A stretch of 64,000 nt of DNA from Anaerolineae bacterium (lineage in GTDB: Bacteria; Chloroflexota; Anaerolineae; B4-G1; SLSP01), in assembly GCA_034676805.1 (NCBI GenBank), contig JAXDDO010000001.1, forward strand, positions 4,758-68,757, in the 5' to 3' direction. The notes under the pieces were generated by a model that saw nothing but the letters and a program-made list of their open reading frames with translations, ran no database searches and had not been told where the DNA came from. The translations under genes were made by a program, and so were the position numbers. The stretch's first letter is position 1. Each line of letters opens with the position of its first letter. Shown here piece by piece: positions 41,769 to 51,784 of the stretch.

Positions 41769-42548
41769 ATGGCTGATGGCAGCGTTCCAGTGATCATCTT
41801 ATGTGGTGGCAAGGGGACGCGGATGGGCGACCGCACAGTGCCCAAACCTCTTGTCGAGATTGGGGACCGCCCGGTGCTCTGGCACGTGATGAAGATTTTC
41901 GCCGCCCAAGGCTTCAAGGAGTTCATCCTTGCCCTGGGCTACGGTGGCGATCAGATCAAGCGCTATTTCCTGGAATATGACTGGCAGAGCCGTGACTTCT
42001 CTCTGGAGCTCGGCGATGGTGGCATCAGGTTTCTGACGCCCAATGATTGTGTCGGTTGGCGAATCACGTTCGCGGACACGGGATTGGAGACGATGACGGG
42101 CGCGCGGGTCCGTAAGGCGTCTGCCTACGTAGCGCACGACCAGTACTTCGTCACCTATGCCGACGGCGTGGCCGACATCGACCTTCACGCTTTGCTGGCG
42201 TTCCACCGCCAGCAGGGACGTCTGGCGACTGTAACCGGTGTGAAAGCCTTCTCGCGCTTCGGCGTTATGGAGACGAATGGAGCCGGGCGGGTGACGGGCT
42301 TCCAGGAGAAGCCCCTGGTCGAGACTCTGATCAACGGCGGCTTTATGGTGTTTCAGCGCGAGGCCGCTGCCTACCTCGAGGGCGATGATGATCTGGTCCT
42401 GGAACAGACACCCTTCCATCGCCTGGCTGCTGATGGTGAGCTGACTGTGTTCGAGCATCAAGGGTTCTGGCGGGCGATGGACACGTTCAAGGAGGCCCAA
42501 GAGCTGAACGCGCTCTGGGAAGAGCAAGCGCCCTGGAAGATCTGGTGA
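41769..42548 (+). CDS. rfbF: Glucose-1-phosphate cytidylyltransferase
   Basis: Motif VIILCGGKGTRMGDRTVPKPLVEIGDRPVLWHVMKIF, with typical length of 259 aa. Confidence 0.88.
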   Translation: MADGSVPVIILCGGKGTRMGDRTVPKPLVEIGDRPVLWHVMKIFAAQGFKEFILALGYGGDQIKRYFLEYDWQSRDFSLELGDGGIRFLTPNDCVGWRITFADTGLETMTGARVRKASAYVAHDQYFVTYADGVADIDLHALLAFHRQQGRLATVTGVKAFSRFGVMETNGAGRVTGFQEKPLVETLINGGFMVFQREAAAYLEGDDDLVLEQTPFHRLAADGELTVFEHQGFWRAMDTFKEAQELNALWEEQAPWKIW

Positions 42549-43573
42549 AACAGCTAATCGATGTCTCGTTCTGGCGCGAGCGTCCCGTCCTGATAACGGG
42601 GTGCTCGGGTCTGCTGGGCAGCTGGCTGACGGAGGCGCTCGTCTCCGCCGGCGCACTCGTCGTGGGCCTGATCCGCGACGAGGTGCCGCAGTCGCACCTG
42701 GTGCGCTCGGGCACAGTGAACCGCATCCGGGTGGTGCATGGCGACGTCATCGATTTAGCGACCGTGGAGCGGGCGATCAACGAGTATGAGATCGAGACGC
42801 TCTTTCACCTCGCCGCGCAGACGATCGTTGGTATCGCCAATCGCGCGCCGCTGTCGACCTTCGAATCGAACGTCCGGGGTACGTGGGTGACGTTGGAGGC
42901 TGCCCGGCGGTCGCCCACTATCAAGCGTGTTGTGGTGGCGTCCAGCGACAAGGCCTACGGCACACAGCCTGTGCTGCCCTATACCGAGTCCATGCCGCTG
43001 CAGGGTCAGCATCCGTATGACGTCTCGAAAAGCGCCGCTGATCTGATCGCACAGGCCTATGCCACGACGTATGGATTGCCGGTGGTCGTCACGCGGTGTG
43101 CGAATCTCTATGGCGGCGGCGACCTGAACTGGAATCGCTTGATCCCCGGCACGATCCGCAGTGCCGTGCAAGGCGGAGCCCCGATCATACGCTCCGATGG
43201 GACTTTCCTGCGGGACTATCTCTACGTGCGCGACGCCGTTCGCGCCTATCTGATGCTCGCCGAGGCATTGGACAGGACTGATCTCTACGGACAGGCGTTC
43301 AACTGCGGCACCGATACGCCGATGAGTGTGTTGGAAATGACGCGGCTGATCTTGTCCCTATCGCCCCATCCCGAGCTGGAACCTGTGGTTCTGGATGAGG
43401 TCCAGAACGAGATTCGCGATCAGTATCTGGATAGCACCAAGATTCGACAGCACATTGGCTGGGCGCCGGTCTATTCTCGTCGCGAAGCTTTGCTCGAGAC
43501 GATCGCCTGGTACAGTGCCTATCTCGGAGCCACGCCTGCGGAAGAGGTGTTGGGGAACGCGGTGCGCTCATGA
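42545..43573 (+). CDS. rfbG: CDP-glucose 4,6-dehydratase
   Basis: GTGA overlap with rfbF. Motifs VLITGCSGLLGSWL, YDVSKSAADL (YxxxK) and typical FWRERPV at the N-terminus. Confidence 0.85.
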   Translation: MKQLIDVSFWRERPVLITGCSGLLGSWLTEALVSAGALVVGLIRDEVPQSHLVRSGTVNRIRVVHGDVIDLATVERAINEYEIETLFHLAAQTIVGIANRAPLSTFESNVRGTWVTLEAARRSPTIKRVVVASSDKAYGTQPVLPYTESMPLQGQHPYDVSKSAADLIAQAYATTYGLPVVVTRCANLYGGGDLNWNRLIPGTIRSAVQGGAPIIRSDGTFLRDYLYVRDAVRAYLMLAEALDRTDLYGQAFNCGTDTPMSVLEMTRLILSLSPHPELEPVVLDEVQNEIRDQYLDSTKIRQHIGWAPVYSRREALLETIAWYSAYLGATPAEEVLGNAVRS

Positions 43574-44535
43574 CCCGGCCTGAATCGCCGCACTCGGTAC
43601 CGACCGAAACCGGCGTCTCAACGCTGCCGTGCCCGGTTTTCCTGACGGGGGCCACAGGCTTCATTGGCCGGCGCCTGGTAAGCATGCTGCTGGACGCTCG
43701 GTGCGAGGTTGCGGCGTTGGTGCATCCTGAAGAGACCTACCCCCTTCCGCCAGAGGTGCGCACCTTTGTAGGCGATGTCACCGATGGTGTAGCCGTGGGC
43801 CGGGCAGTGGAGAGTGTGCAACCGGCTGGCATCGTGCACCTGGCGGCAATTGGTACTGCCAACATTGGCTTGCCGATGAGGGACGCCTGCCGGGGCAACG
43901 TCGACGGCGTGATCGCACTTCTGGAGGCGACCCGTCGGGTCGCTACTGTGCGGCGCGTGGTGATGATCGGCACGTCCTATGAGTATGGCGCGCGTCGTTC
44001 CGATGATGCGCTCGATCCATTCAACCCTTACAGCGCATCGAAGGTAGCGGCGTGGGCCTTCGCGCGCGCTGCTTACAACAGCTGGAAGACCCCGTTGGTC
44101 TGGGTGCGTCCGTTCCAGGTCTATGGGCCTGGACAGCACCGGAAAGCGCTGATCCCGTCGGCGATCTATGCAGCGCTGCACGACGCGGACTTCCCGATGA
44201 CCGGGGGTGAGCAGCAGCGAGACTTTGTGTATGTCGACGACGTCGCCCGTGGACTCATTGCTGCGCTGCGGGCGCCTCACGTCGAGGGCCGGGCGCTGGA
44301 CCTTGGGACCGGCACGCTGTATCGCGTTCTGGATGTGGTGGAGCGCATCTGGGCGCTAACGCAGTCTCGCGGTCGCATCCAGGCAGGGGCGCTGAGTTAC
44401 CGGCCCGGTGAGGTCTCCGCGATCCCGGCGAATGCACACCGGACACGGATGCTGACGGGTTGGGAGGCGGCTGTGAAGCTAGACGAGGGGCTCAGGCTGA
44501 CCATCGATCACGTTGCGGAGGCAGAGCATGTCTGA
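43570..44535 (+). CDS. NAD-dependent epimerase/dehydratase-family SDR (CDP-sugar 4-reductase or epimerase candidate)
   Basis: ATGA overlap with rfbG. Motifs VFLTGATGFIGRRL and YSASKVAAW (YxxxK). Confidence 0.75.
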   Translation: MTRPESPHSVPTETGVSTLPCPVFLTGATGFIGRRLVSMLLDARCEVAALVHPEETYPLPPEVRTFVGDVTDGVAVGRAVESVQPAGIVHLAAIGTANIGLPMRDACRGNVDGVIALLEATRRVATVRRVVMIGTSYEYGARRSDDALDPFNPYSASKVAAWAFARAAYNSWKTPLVWVRPFQVYGPGQHRKALIPSAIYAALHDADFPMTGGEQQRDFVYVDDVARGLIAALRAPHVEGRALDLGTGTLYRVLDVVERIWALTQSRGRIQAGALSYRPGEVSAIPANAHRTRMLTGWEAAVKLDEGLRLTIDHVAEAEHV

Positions 44536-45850
44536 AGAGGATATCTCCCGCTTGCGGCAGGAGATTCTCGCGAAGGTGGGTGAGTACTACCGGCTGGCGC
44601 ATCAGGGGCAACCCTTCGTGCCCGGCGAGACCTTCGTCAACTACGGCGGGCGCGTCTACGATGAGCGCGAACTCCAGGCAGCGGTGGAGGCTGTCCTCGA
44701 GTTCTGGCTCACCGATGGCCCGCGGGTAGCGACCTTCTGCGAGCGGTTGGGGCAGGTCCTTGGCATGGACCACGTCCTTACGGTGAACTCGGGCTCCTCT
44801 GCCAACCTCGTCGCGATGACGACGCTGCGTTCGGCGAATCTCGATCGTCCGCTGCAGCCGGGCGACGAGGTGATCACGCCAGCCGCCACCTTCCCGACGA
44901 CCGTCGCACCGATCGTGCAGAACGGGCTCGTGCCGGTCTTCGTCGACTGTCGCCTGGGCACGTACAATATCGACGTGACGTTGCTCGAGGCAGCGCTTTC
45001 GCCAAAGACCCGCGCCGTCTTCGTGCCGCATATTCTCGGTAATCCCGTGGAGATGGATGTGGTCATGGCCTTTGCCCGCCTTCATGACCTGTACGTCATC
45101 GAGGACACGTGCGATGCGCTGGGCAGCCTCTACGCTGGCACGCCATGTGGGACGTTCGGCGACCTGGCGACCTTTAGCTTCTACCCGGCGCACCATATCA
45201 CGACCGGCGAGGGCGGAGCCGTAGCCACCAAAGATAAGCGGTTGTATCACATCGCCCACGCGATCCGCGATTGGGGACGCGACTGTTGGTGCGACCACCG
45301 CAGCGACCGCAACGGGGAGTGCGGTCGGCGCTTTGACTGGGAGATACCCGGCGTCGGTGAGCCGTACGATCATCGCTATTACTTCACCGAGATCGGTTAC
45401 AATCTTAAGATGACCGACATTCAAGCAGCGATCGGCATCCCGCAGATCGAGAAGCTGCCCGACTTTGTGGCGGCCCGGAAGCGGAACTTCCGCGTTCTTT
45501 ATGACGGGCTGAGTGCTTACGAGCCCTACCTGATTCTGCCCACGTGGAGTCCCAAGGCCGACCCGGCGTGGTTCGCTTTCACACTGGCGGTGCGCGAGAC
45601 CGCGCCGTTTACGCGGCGTCAGCTCAATGAATACCTGCGTGACCACAAGATCGAGACGCGCTACCTCTTTGCCGGAAACATCCTCCAGCAGCCCGGGTAT
45701 CGCGCGATCCCGCATAGGGTCGCCACACCGTTGAGCGAGACCGATCGGGTCTTGCGCTCGGCCTTCTTCATCGGCGTCTACCCGGGTATGGATGAGGCCC
45801 GCCTGGGCTATGTCCTGCAGGTCTTTGCGGATTTCATGGCCGGCGTGTGA
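44528..45850 (+). CDS. rfbH: CDP-6-deoxy-D-xylo-4-hexulose-3-dehydrase (E1, RfbH/DdhC type; DegT/DnrJ/EryC1 fold)
   Basis: ATG 44528 (GGAGG upstream) overlaps the SDR stop. His replaces the Schiff-base Lys (FSFYPAHHITTGEGG). Cys pattern C195-X57-C253-X1-C255-X9-C265. Confidence 0.8.
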   Translation: MSEEDISRLRQEILAKVGEYYRLAHQGQPFVPGETFVNYGGRVYDERELQAAVEAVLEFWLTDGPRVATFCERLGQVLGMDHVLTVNSGSSANLVAMTTLRSANLDRPLQPGDEVITPAATFPTTVAPIVQNGLVPVFVDCRLGTYNIDVTLLEAALSPKTRAVFVPHILGNPVEMDVVMAFARLHDLYVIEDTCDALGSLYAGTPCGTFGDLATFSFYPAHHITTGEGGAVATKDKRLYHIAHAIRDWGRDCWCDHRSDRNGECGRRFDWEIPGVGEPYDHRYYFTEIGYNLKMTDIQAAIGIPQIEKLPDFVAARKRNFRVLYDGLSAYEPYLILPTWSPKADPAWFAFTLAVRETAPFTRRQLNEYLRDHKIETRYLFAGNILQQPGYRAIPHRVATPLSETDRVLRSAFFIGVYPGMDEARLGYVLQVFADFMAGV

Positions 45851-46605
45851 TGAAACTTTCCATTATCATCTGTGTGTACAATGAGCGCGACACGATCCTG
45901 CCTGTGCTCGCGCGGGTCCATCAGGCGCCCTTGCGCCCCGGTTGGGAGCGTGAGGTCATCGTGGTGGACAACGCGTCGACGGATGGCACGCAGGAGCTGC
46001 TGCGCGGCATCGACTATCCGGATACCCGTGTCGTCTTCCAGCCCCGCAACATGGGCAAGGGAACCTCGATCCGTACCGCGATCCCGCTGTGCACTGGCGA
46101 CTACGCCTTCATCCAAGATGCGGATTTCGAGTACGATCCCAATGACTATCCGCTCTTCCTGGAGCGCGCCGAGGCGGACCGCCCGGTGACCATCTTCGGA
46201 TCGCGGACACTGGGAGGGCGGGCGATCTACAAGTACGCTGCGAACTACTGGGGCGTCCGGTTCCTGACCTGGCTGACGAACATCCTCTACGGGGCGCACC
46301 TCACAGATGTGGCAACGGCCTCCAAGATGGTCAGGACCGACGTCCTCCGAAGTCTGCGTCTGCAAGGTAGCGGCTTCGACCTGGATTTCGAGTTGCCGGA
46401 CAAACTGCTGCGCGCTGGCTACGAGATTGCGGAGGTGCCCATCCACTATGAGCCACGCACCATCGAGGAGGGCAAGAAGATACGGCCCTGGGATGGCTTG
46501 TGGGCGCTGCGCGTGATCGTGCGCGATCGATTTGTGTCCATGGATCAGGTGCTGGCGCCCCGTAGCGAAGTGATCGCGGCTGACACCGAAACGGAGACTG
46601 CATGA
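45847..46605 (+). CDS. Family 2 glycosyltransferase (polyprenyl-phosphate sugar synthase / DPM1-like size)
   Basis: GTGA (or TGATG) overlap with rfbH. Motifs LSIIICVYNERDTI and IQDADFEYDP. Confidence 0.8.
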   Translation: MMKLSIIICVYNERDTILPVLARVHQAPLRPGWEREVIVVDNASTDGTQELLRGIDYPDTRVVFQPRNMGKGTSIRTAIPLCTGDYAFIQDADFEYDPNDYPLFLERAEADRPVTIFGSRTLGGRAIYKYAANYWGVRFLTWLTNILYGAHLTDVATASKMVRTDVLRSLRLQGSGFDLDFELPDKLLRAGYEIAEVPIHYEPRTIEEGKKIRPWDGLWALRVIVRDRFVSMDQVLAPRSEVIAADTETETA

Positions 46606-47576
46606 ACATCGTCATTACTGGTTCGATCGCTTACGACTATCTGATGAGCTTCCCGGGCGATTTCCTGGACCACGTGAAGCCGGACCGCATCCAGAAACTC
46701 AGCTTGAGCTTTCTTGTCGACGATATGGTCAAGCGCCGGGGGGGGTGCGCGCCGAATATCGCCTATAGTCTGGCACTGTTGGGTGAGCGCCCTGTGGTTA
46801 TGGGCACAGCCGGTGAGGATTTCGCCGAATACGGTGAGTGGCTCGAGGCACACGGCGTGGACATCTCTGCCGTCAAGGTCGTTCCCCACGTCTTCACAGC
46901 CTCGTTCTTCGCTACGACGGATCGCAACCTCAACCAGATCGCCAGCTTTTACACCGGAGCGATGGCCTACGCGCGTGAGTTATCTTTCCGCGACCTGGAC
47001 ATTCCGGTGGATCTGACCATCATCTCTCCCAATGACCCCGAGGCGATGGACAAGTACCCTGAGGAGTGCCGGGCACTGGGGATACCCTACATCTATGACC
47101 CCAGCCAACAGGTCGTGCGCACGAGCCCCGAGTGTCTGCGCGAAGGGCTGATCGGCGCCGACATTCTGGTTGTCAATGACTACGAGTATGAGTTGCTGAA
47201 GGACCGCACCGGTTTCAATGATGCGGATATCCGCCAGGCGGTGAAACGGGCCGTGGTGGTGACGCTGGGCGCTGAGGGCGCGGCCCTCTGGGTTGGTCCA
47301 TATCGAGATCAAGAGATCCGTGTGCCGGCGGTCCCTCCGCGCGAGATTGTCGACCCCACAGGCGTCGGCGACGCGTTCCGGGCTGGCCTCATCAAGGGGT
47401 TGGCGTTGGGCCTGCCCTGGGACGCGTGTGGCCGTATCGGCAGCCTCGCGGCAACCTACGTCCTGGAAACCAAGGGCCCGCAGACGCACACTTACACGCT
47501 GCAGGAGTTCGTGGCGCGCTACACGTCGTCCTTCGGTGAGGACGACGTGACGCGCGCTTTGAGCCTATCTGACTGA
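46602..47576 (+). CDS. Adenosine kinase (PfkB family, mycobacterial AdoK-like)
   Basis: ATGA overlap with the GT2 gene. MNIVITGSIAYDYLMSFPG...KLSLSFLVDDMVKRRGG...QIASFYTGAM closely recalls M. tuberculosis Rv2202c. Also DPTGVGDAFRAG. Confidence 0.72.
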   Translation: MNIVITGSIAYDYLMSFPGDFLDHVKPDRIQKLSLSFLVDDMVKRRGGCAPNIAYSLALLGERPVVMGTAGEDFAEYGEWLEAHGVDISAVKVVPHVFTASFFATTDRNLNQIASFYTGAMAYARELSFRDLDIPVDLTIISPNDPEAMDKYPEECRALGIPYIYDPSQQVVRTSPECLREGLIGADILVVNDYEYELLKDRTGFNDADIRQAVKRAVVVTLGAEGAALWVGPYRDQEIRVPAVPPREIVDPTGVGDAFRAGLIKGLALGLPWDACGRIGSLAATYVLETKGPQTHTYTLQEFVARYTSSFGEDDVTRALSLSD

Positions 47577-48854
<1,278 letters not shown>

Positions 48855-48890
48855 CAGCCTGTTACGGAGGCGCCCACACGCAGTCTCATC

Positions 48891-48929
48891 AGATCGGCTG
48901 GCGGTCGCTTGAGCGCCACCAGCCGATCT
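48891..48929 (+). terminator. Hairpin after ahcY
   Basis: AGATCGGCTGG ... CCAGCCGATCT, an 11-bp stem with a 17-nt loop. No U-tract. Confidence 0.4.
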
Positions 48930-48970
48930 CCAAAGCACAGACGCTTGGCTGATGTTGAGGGAGACACGAG

Positions 48971-51769
48971 ATGAGTGAGAAGGCTACGACGTGGAGGGGC
49001 CTGCTCGACCGTCGCAACCGTCGCCGCCTGGTGGGGCGCCGGCGTGAGATCGAGCAGTTCCGGCTGAACTATCTCTACGAAGTGCCAGAATCGCTGCTCT
49101 TTTTCCTCCAAGGCCCCGAGGGCATAGGCAAGAGCGCGCTGCTGGCGGCTTACCGCTCGATTGCGGAAGAACACGGCGTGTTGACGGCCTCTGTATCCCG
49201 CTGGGAGATTCTGGCACCGCGTGAGTTCGCGGTGCTGCAGGCGATGACGACCATCGCTGACGATCTCTCCGCCTCGGGCATGCCCCTGATGTCGTTCCGG
49301 GAGATCCATCGCGAGATCGTCTCGACCCTGCGCACCATTCTGGGCGACCCGAATGCACCGGGCTCCCCCTGGGACCTCTTGGGCGGGGTGATGGACGACG
49401 ATCCCTGGGCGATGCGCGCCTGGGACACTTACCTGACGCGCGCGTTTCCACTGCGCCGAACCGCTCTCATCAAGAGCACTGTGCAAGTCCTCACCGACCG
49501 CTTCGTCCAGGACCTGAACGCTTGGGCCGTGGTGCGCAGGGTGGTGTTGTGTTTCGATGATTGGGAAACGCTGATGGAAAGCGGAGGGGACGCGGCGTCC
49601 GTGGATGGCGATGGTGGGCCAGGTCTGGAGCGCTGGCTGTTCGACCTCCTGGTGGAGGGCGACCTGAGCACCAATCTCTGGTGGGCCATCGCCGGTCGCG
49701 AGCCGCTGAGTCCAGCGTGGGAGACGCTCCTACCGGTCACTACACGGTTTGAGCTCACATCCCTGCTACCGGATCAGAGCGATTTGCTGCTCAGGGAGTG
49801 TGGCATCGACGACGCTGAACTGGCTGCGGCCCTGGCCGCCCAGGGTGCGGGCAATCCGTTGGCTCTGATTATTCTCGCCTCGCTGGGCAAGGTGCCGTCC
49901 GCGAGCACGCCGACACCTCTGGCCGCGTGCATCGCTGAACTGGATCCGGTGGTGAGAAGCGGCCTGCTGCAGGCGGCCGCAGCGCGCTGGCTGGACGAAG
50001 GCGTGTTGGCGGCGCTACTGGGCGAAGGGTCCGTCGAGCAGTTGCAGGCCTGGCTCGATCATTCCCCCTTGGTAGTCAAACACGGCGCCGGTTGGGCAGT
50101 GCGCCCCGGCCTCCAGGATGAACTGATGGGTCTTGCCCGTCGCGAGATGGGCACAGCCTTTGAGGCGGCTCACCGTACGCTGTATGCTTACTACCGTCAG
50201 CGGTCGGAGTTGTGGCAGGACAGTTGGCCCTACTTCGATCCCCGCTGGCAGCGTGACCACCTGGAGGCCCTATACCACGCGTTGATTGCAGAGCAAGAAG
50301 CTCCGGCCCTGAACCTGGCCATGTTGAGTTTTCTCAGGTCGGTGCGGATTTGCTATCCCTGGGCAGAAGCCGTATTGCGGGTCTGGCTCGAGGCCTCACG
50401 TGTCGCCGAAGGGCGCTCCGAGATTTCAGCTTGGGGCGACCAGGTTCGCGATCTCTGGGCAGCGCTGCTTCGCAAGGACTGGCAAGCCGCTCGCAGTCTC
50501 CTGCAAGCGTGTCTCGACGATGCGGTCTGGGAGCCAGAGGTGCGCCAGGCGCTGCAGGCGATGCGCCAACTCGTCTCGGCGCGGTTGGCGCTGCCCCTCG
50601 AAGTGCAAGCCAGCCCGGAGCTAGCTGACGTTGGCACAGGCGAAGGGGCGTCGAGCACGCCAGAGGCTCCCGAACCGGAACCTAGCGTGGCGTGTGCGCT
50701 GCCCGATGCAGCCCCGGTCGCCGAAACCGGGCAAGCGATGGCGGGCCAGGCGCGTGCGGCCTCTGCAGCGGGGATCGGAGAGCCAGACGGGGCGGACACA
50801 GGGGCCTCGCCTCCAGCGAGTGGCACGATGGAGCCGCCGCCCGCCAACGCAGTTCAGGACAGCGAGGCTTCGGCGCGCGAGCACTGCGGTTACGCCAATG
50901 AACGCCTTGAGGAGGGCGCTTACCGCGAAGCCATCGAGGCCTATGACCTGGCCCTGACCCTGGACCCTGATTACGCCGCTGCCTACTACAACCGTGGCCT
51001 GGCCTATGCGCATCTGGGCGCGCTGGACAACGCGATATCCGACTTCGGTCGCGCGATCGAGCGGGTTCCCACGGAAGCGCAGTTCTACCGCCAACGTGGC
51101 TTGGCCTATGCCCGGCAGGGCGCGTACGACCGTGCCATCGCCGACTACAACACCGCATTGCGGCACCGCCCGGGATTGTTCGCCATCACATACGACCGCG
51201 CCAATGCCTATTTTCGGCTGGAGTCCTATGATCGCGCCATCGCTGACTACACCACGTACCTGGCCCGTGATCCAGGCCGCTCGGAGGCCTACCTAAACCG
51301 TGGGCTGGCCTATGCCGCGCAAGGCAACTACCTTGAGGCGTTGCGCGACTACAACCAGGCGATTGCACTGGACGCCGATCGCGCGATTCTCTACAGCCAT
51401 CGCGGGCAGGCCTATGCACGTCTGGAACGGTATGCCGAAGCGCTCGCGGACTATGAGCGGGCGCTCAGTCTGGATCCCCGATCCGCCACAGTTCACAACA
51501 ATCGCGGTCTGCTCTATGTGCGTATCGAGGCCTATGCGCAGGCGGTGGCGTCATACCAGCAAGCGATGGCGTTGCGGCCTGACTGGGCGACGCCCTACTA
51601 CAACGGGGCCTGTGCCGCGGCACTCGGCGGTGACGTCGACCATGCCTGTATCTGGCTTTCGCGGGCCATCGCGTTGCGTGAAGCCTACCGGTCGATGGCG
51701 CTGCGTGACCCCGATTTCAGCAGCATCCGCGAGCATCCTCGTTTCAAGGCCCTGGTAGAGACGCTGTAG
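48971..51769 (+). CDS. STAND/AAA_16-type ATPase with C-terminal TPR array
   Basis: GAGGGAG RBS. Motifs LVGRRREIEQF, Walker A GPEGIGKS and Walker B VVLCFDDWE. An Ala/Pro/Glu-rich linker (about 50590-50880), then about 8-9 TPRs ending in DPDFSSIREHPRFKAL. Confidence 0.8.
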   Translation: MSEKATTWRGLLDRRNRRRLVGRRREIEQFRLNYLYEVPESLLFFLQGPEGIGKSALLAAYRSIAEEHGVLTASVSRWEILAPREFAVLQAMTTIADDLSASGMPLMSFREIHREIVSTLRTILGDPNAPGSPWDLLGGVMDDDPWAMRAWDTYLTRAFPLRRTALIKSTVQVLTDRFVQDLNAWAVVRRVVLCFDDWETLMESGGDAASVDGDGGPGLERWLFDLLVEGDLSTNLWWAIAGREPLSPAWETLLPVTTRFELTSLLPDQSDLLLRECGIDDAELAAALAAQGAGNPLALIILASLGKVPSASTPTPLAACIAELDPVVRSGLLQAAAARWLDEGVLAALLGEGSVEQLQAWLDHSPLVVKHGAGWAVRPGLQDELMGLARREMGTAFEAAHRTLYAYYRQRSELWQDSWPYFDPRWQRDHLEALYHALIAEQEAPALNLAMLSFLRSVRICYPWAEAVLRVWLEASRVAEGRSEISAWGDQVRDLWAALLRKDWQAARSLLQACLDDAVWEPEVRQALQAMRQLVSARLALPLEVQASPELADVGTGEGASSTPEAPEPEPSVACALPDAAPVAETGQAMAGQARAASAAGIGEPDGADTGASPPASGTMEPPPANAVQDSEASAREHCGYANERLEEGAYREAIEAYDLALTLDPDYAAAYYNRGLAYAHLGALDNAISDFGRAIERVPTEAQFYRQRGLAYARQGAYDRAIADYNTALRHRPGLFAITYDRANAYFRLESYDRAIADYTTYLARDPGRSEAYLNRGLAYAAQGNYLEALRDYNQAIALDADRAILYSHRGQAYARLERYAEALADYERALSLDPRSATVHNNRGLLYVRIEAYAQAVASYQQAMALRPDWATPYYNGACAAALGGDVDHACIWLSRAIALREAYRSMALRDPDFSSIREHPRFKALVETL

Positions 51770-51784
51770 CGACGTTCGCAGGGC

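Noticed and set aside
50590-50880. Ala/Pro/Glu/Gly-rich stretch that looks like a nucleotide-level repeat.
   Set aside because: It is in-frame low-complexity linker sequence of the STAND-TPR protein, not a tandem DNA repeat. I could find no exact repeating unit.
48971-51769. Calling the STAND-TPR protein an Avs/NLR-type antiphage defence gene.
   Set aside because: No effector domain or partner gene is recognisable, and the flanks are core metabolism. The evidence is insufficient for a defence call, so it is reported only as an open question.
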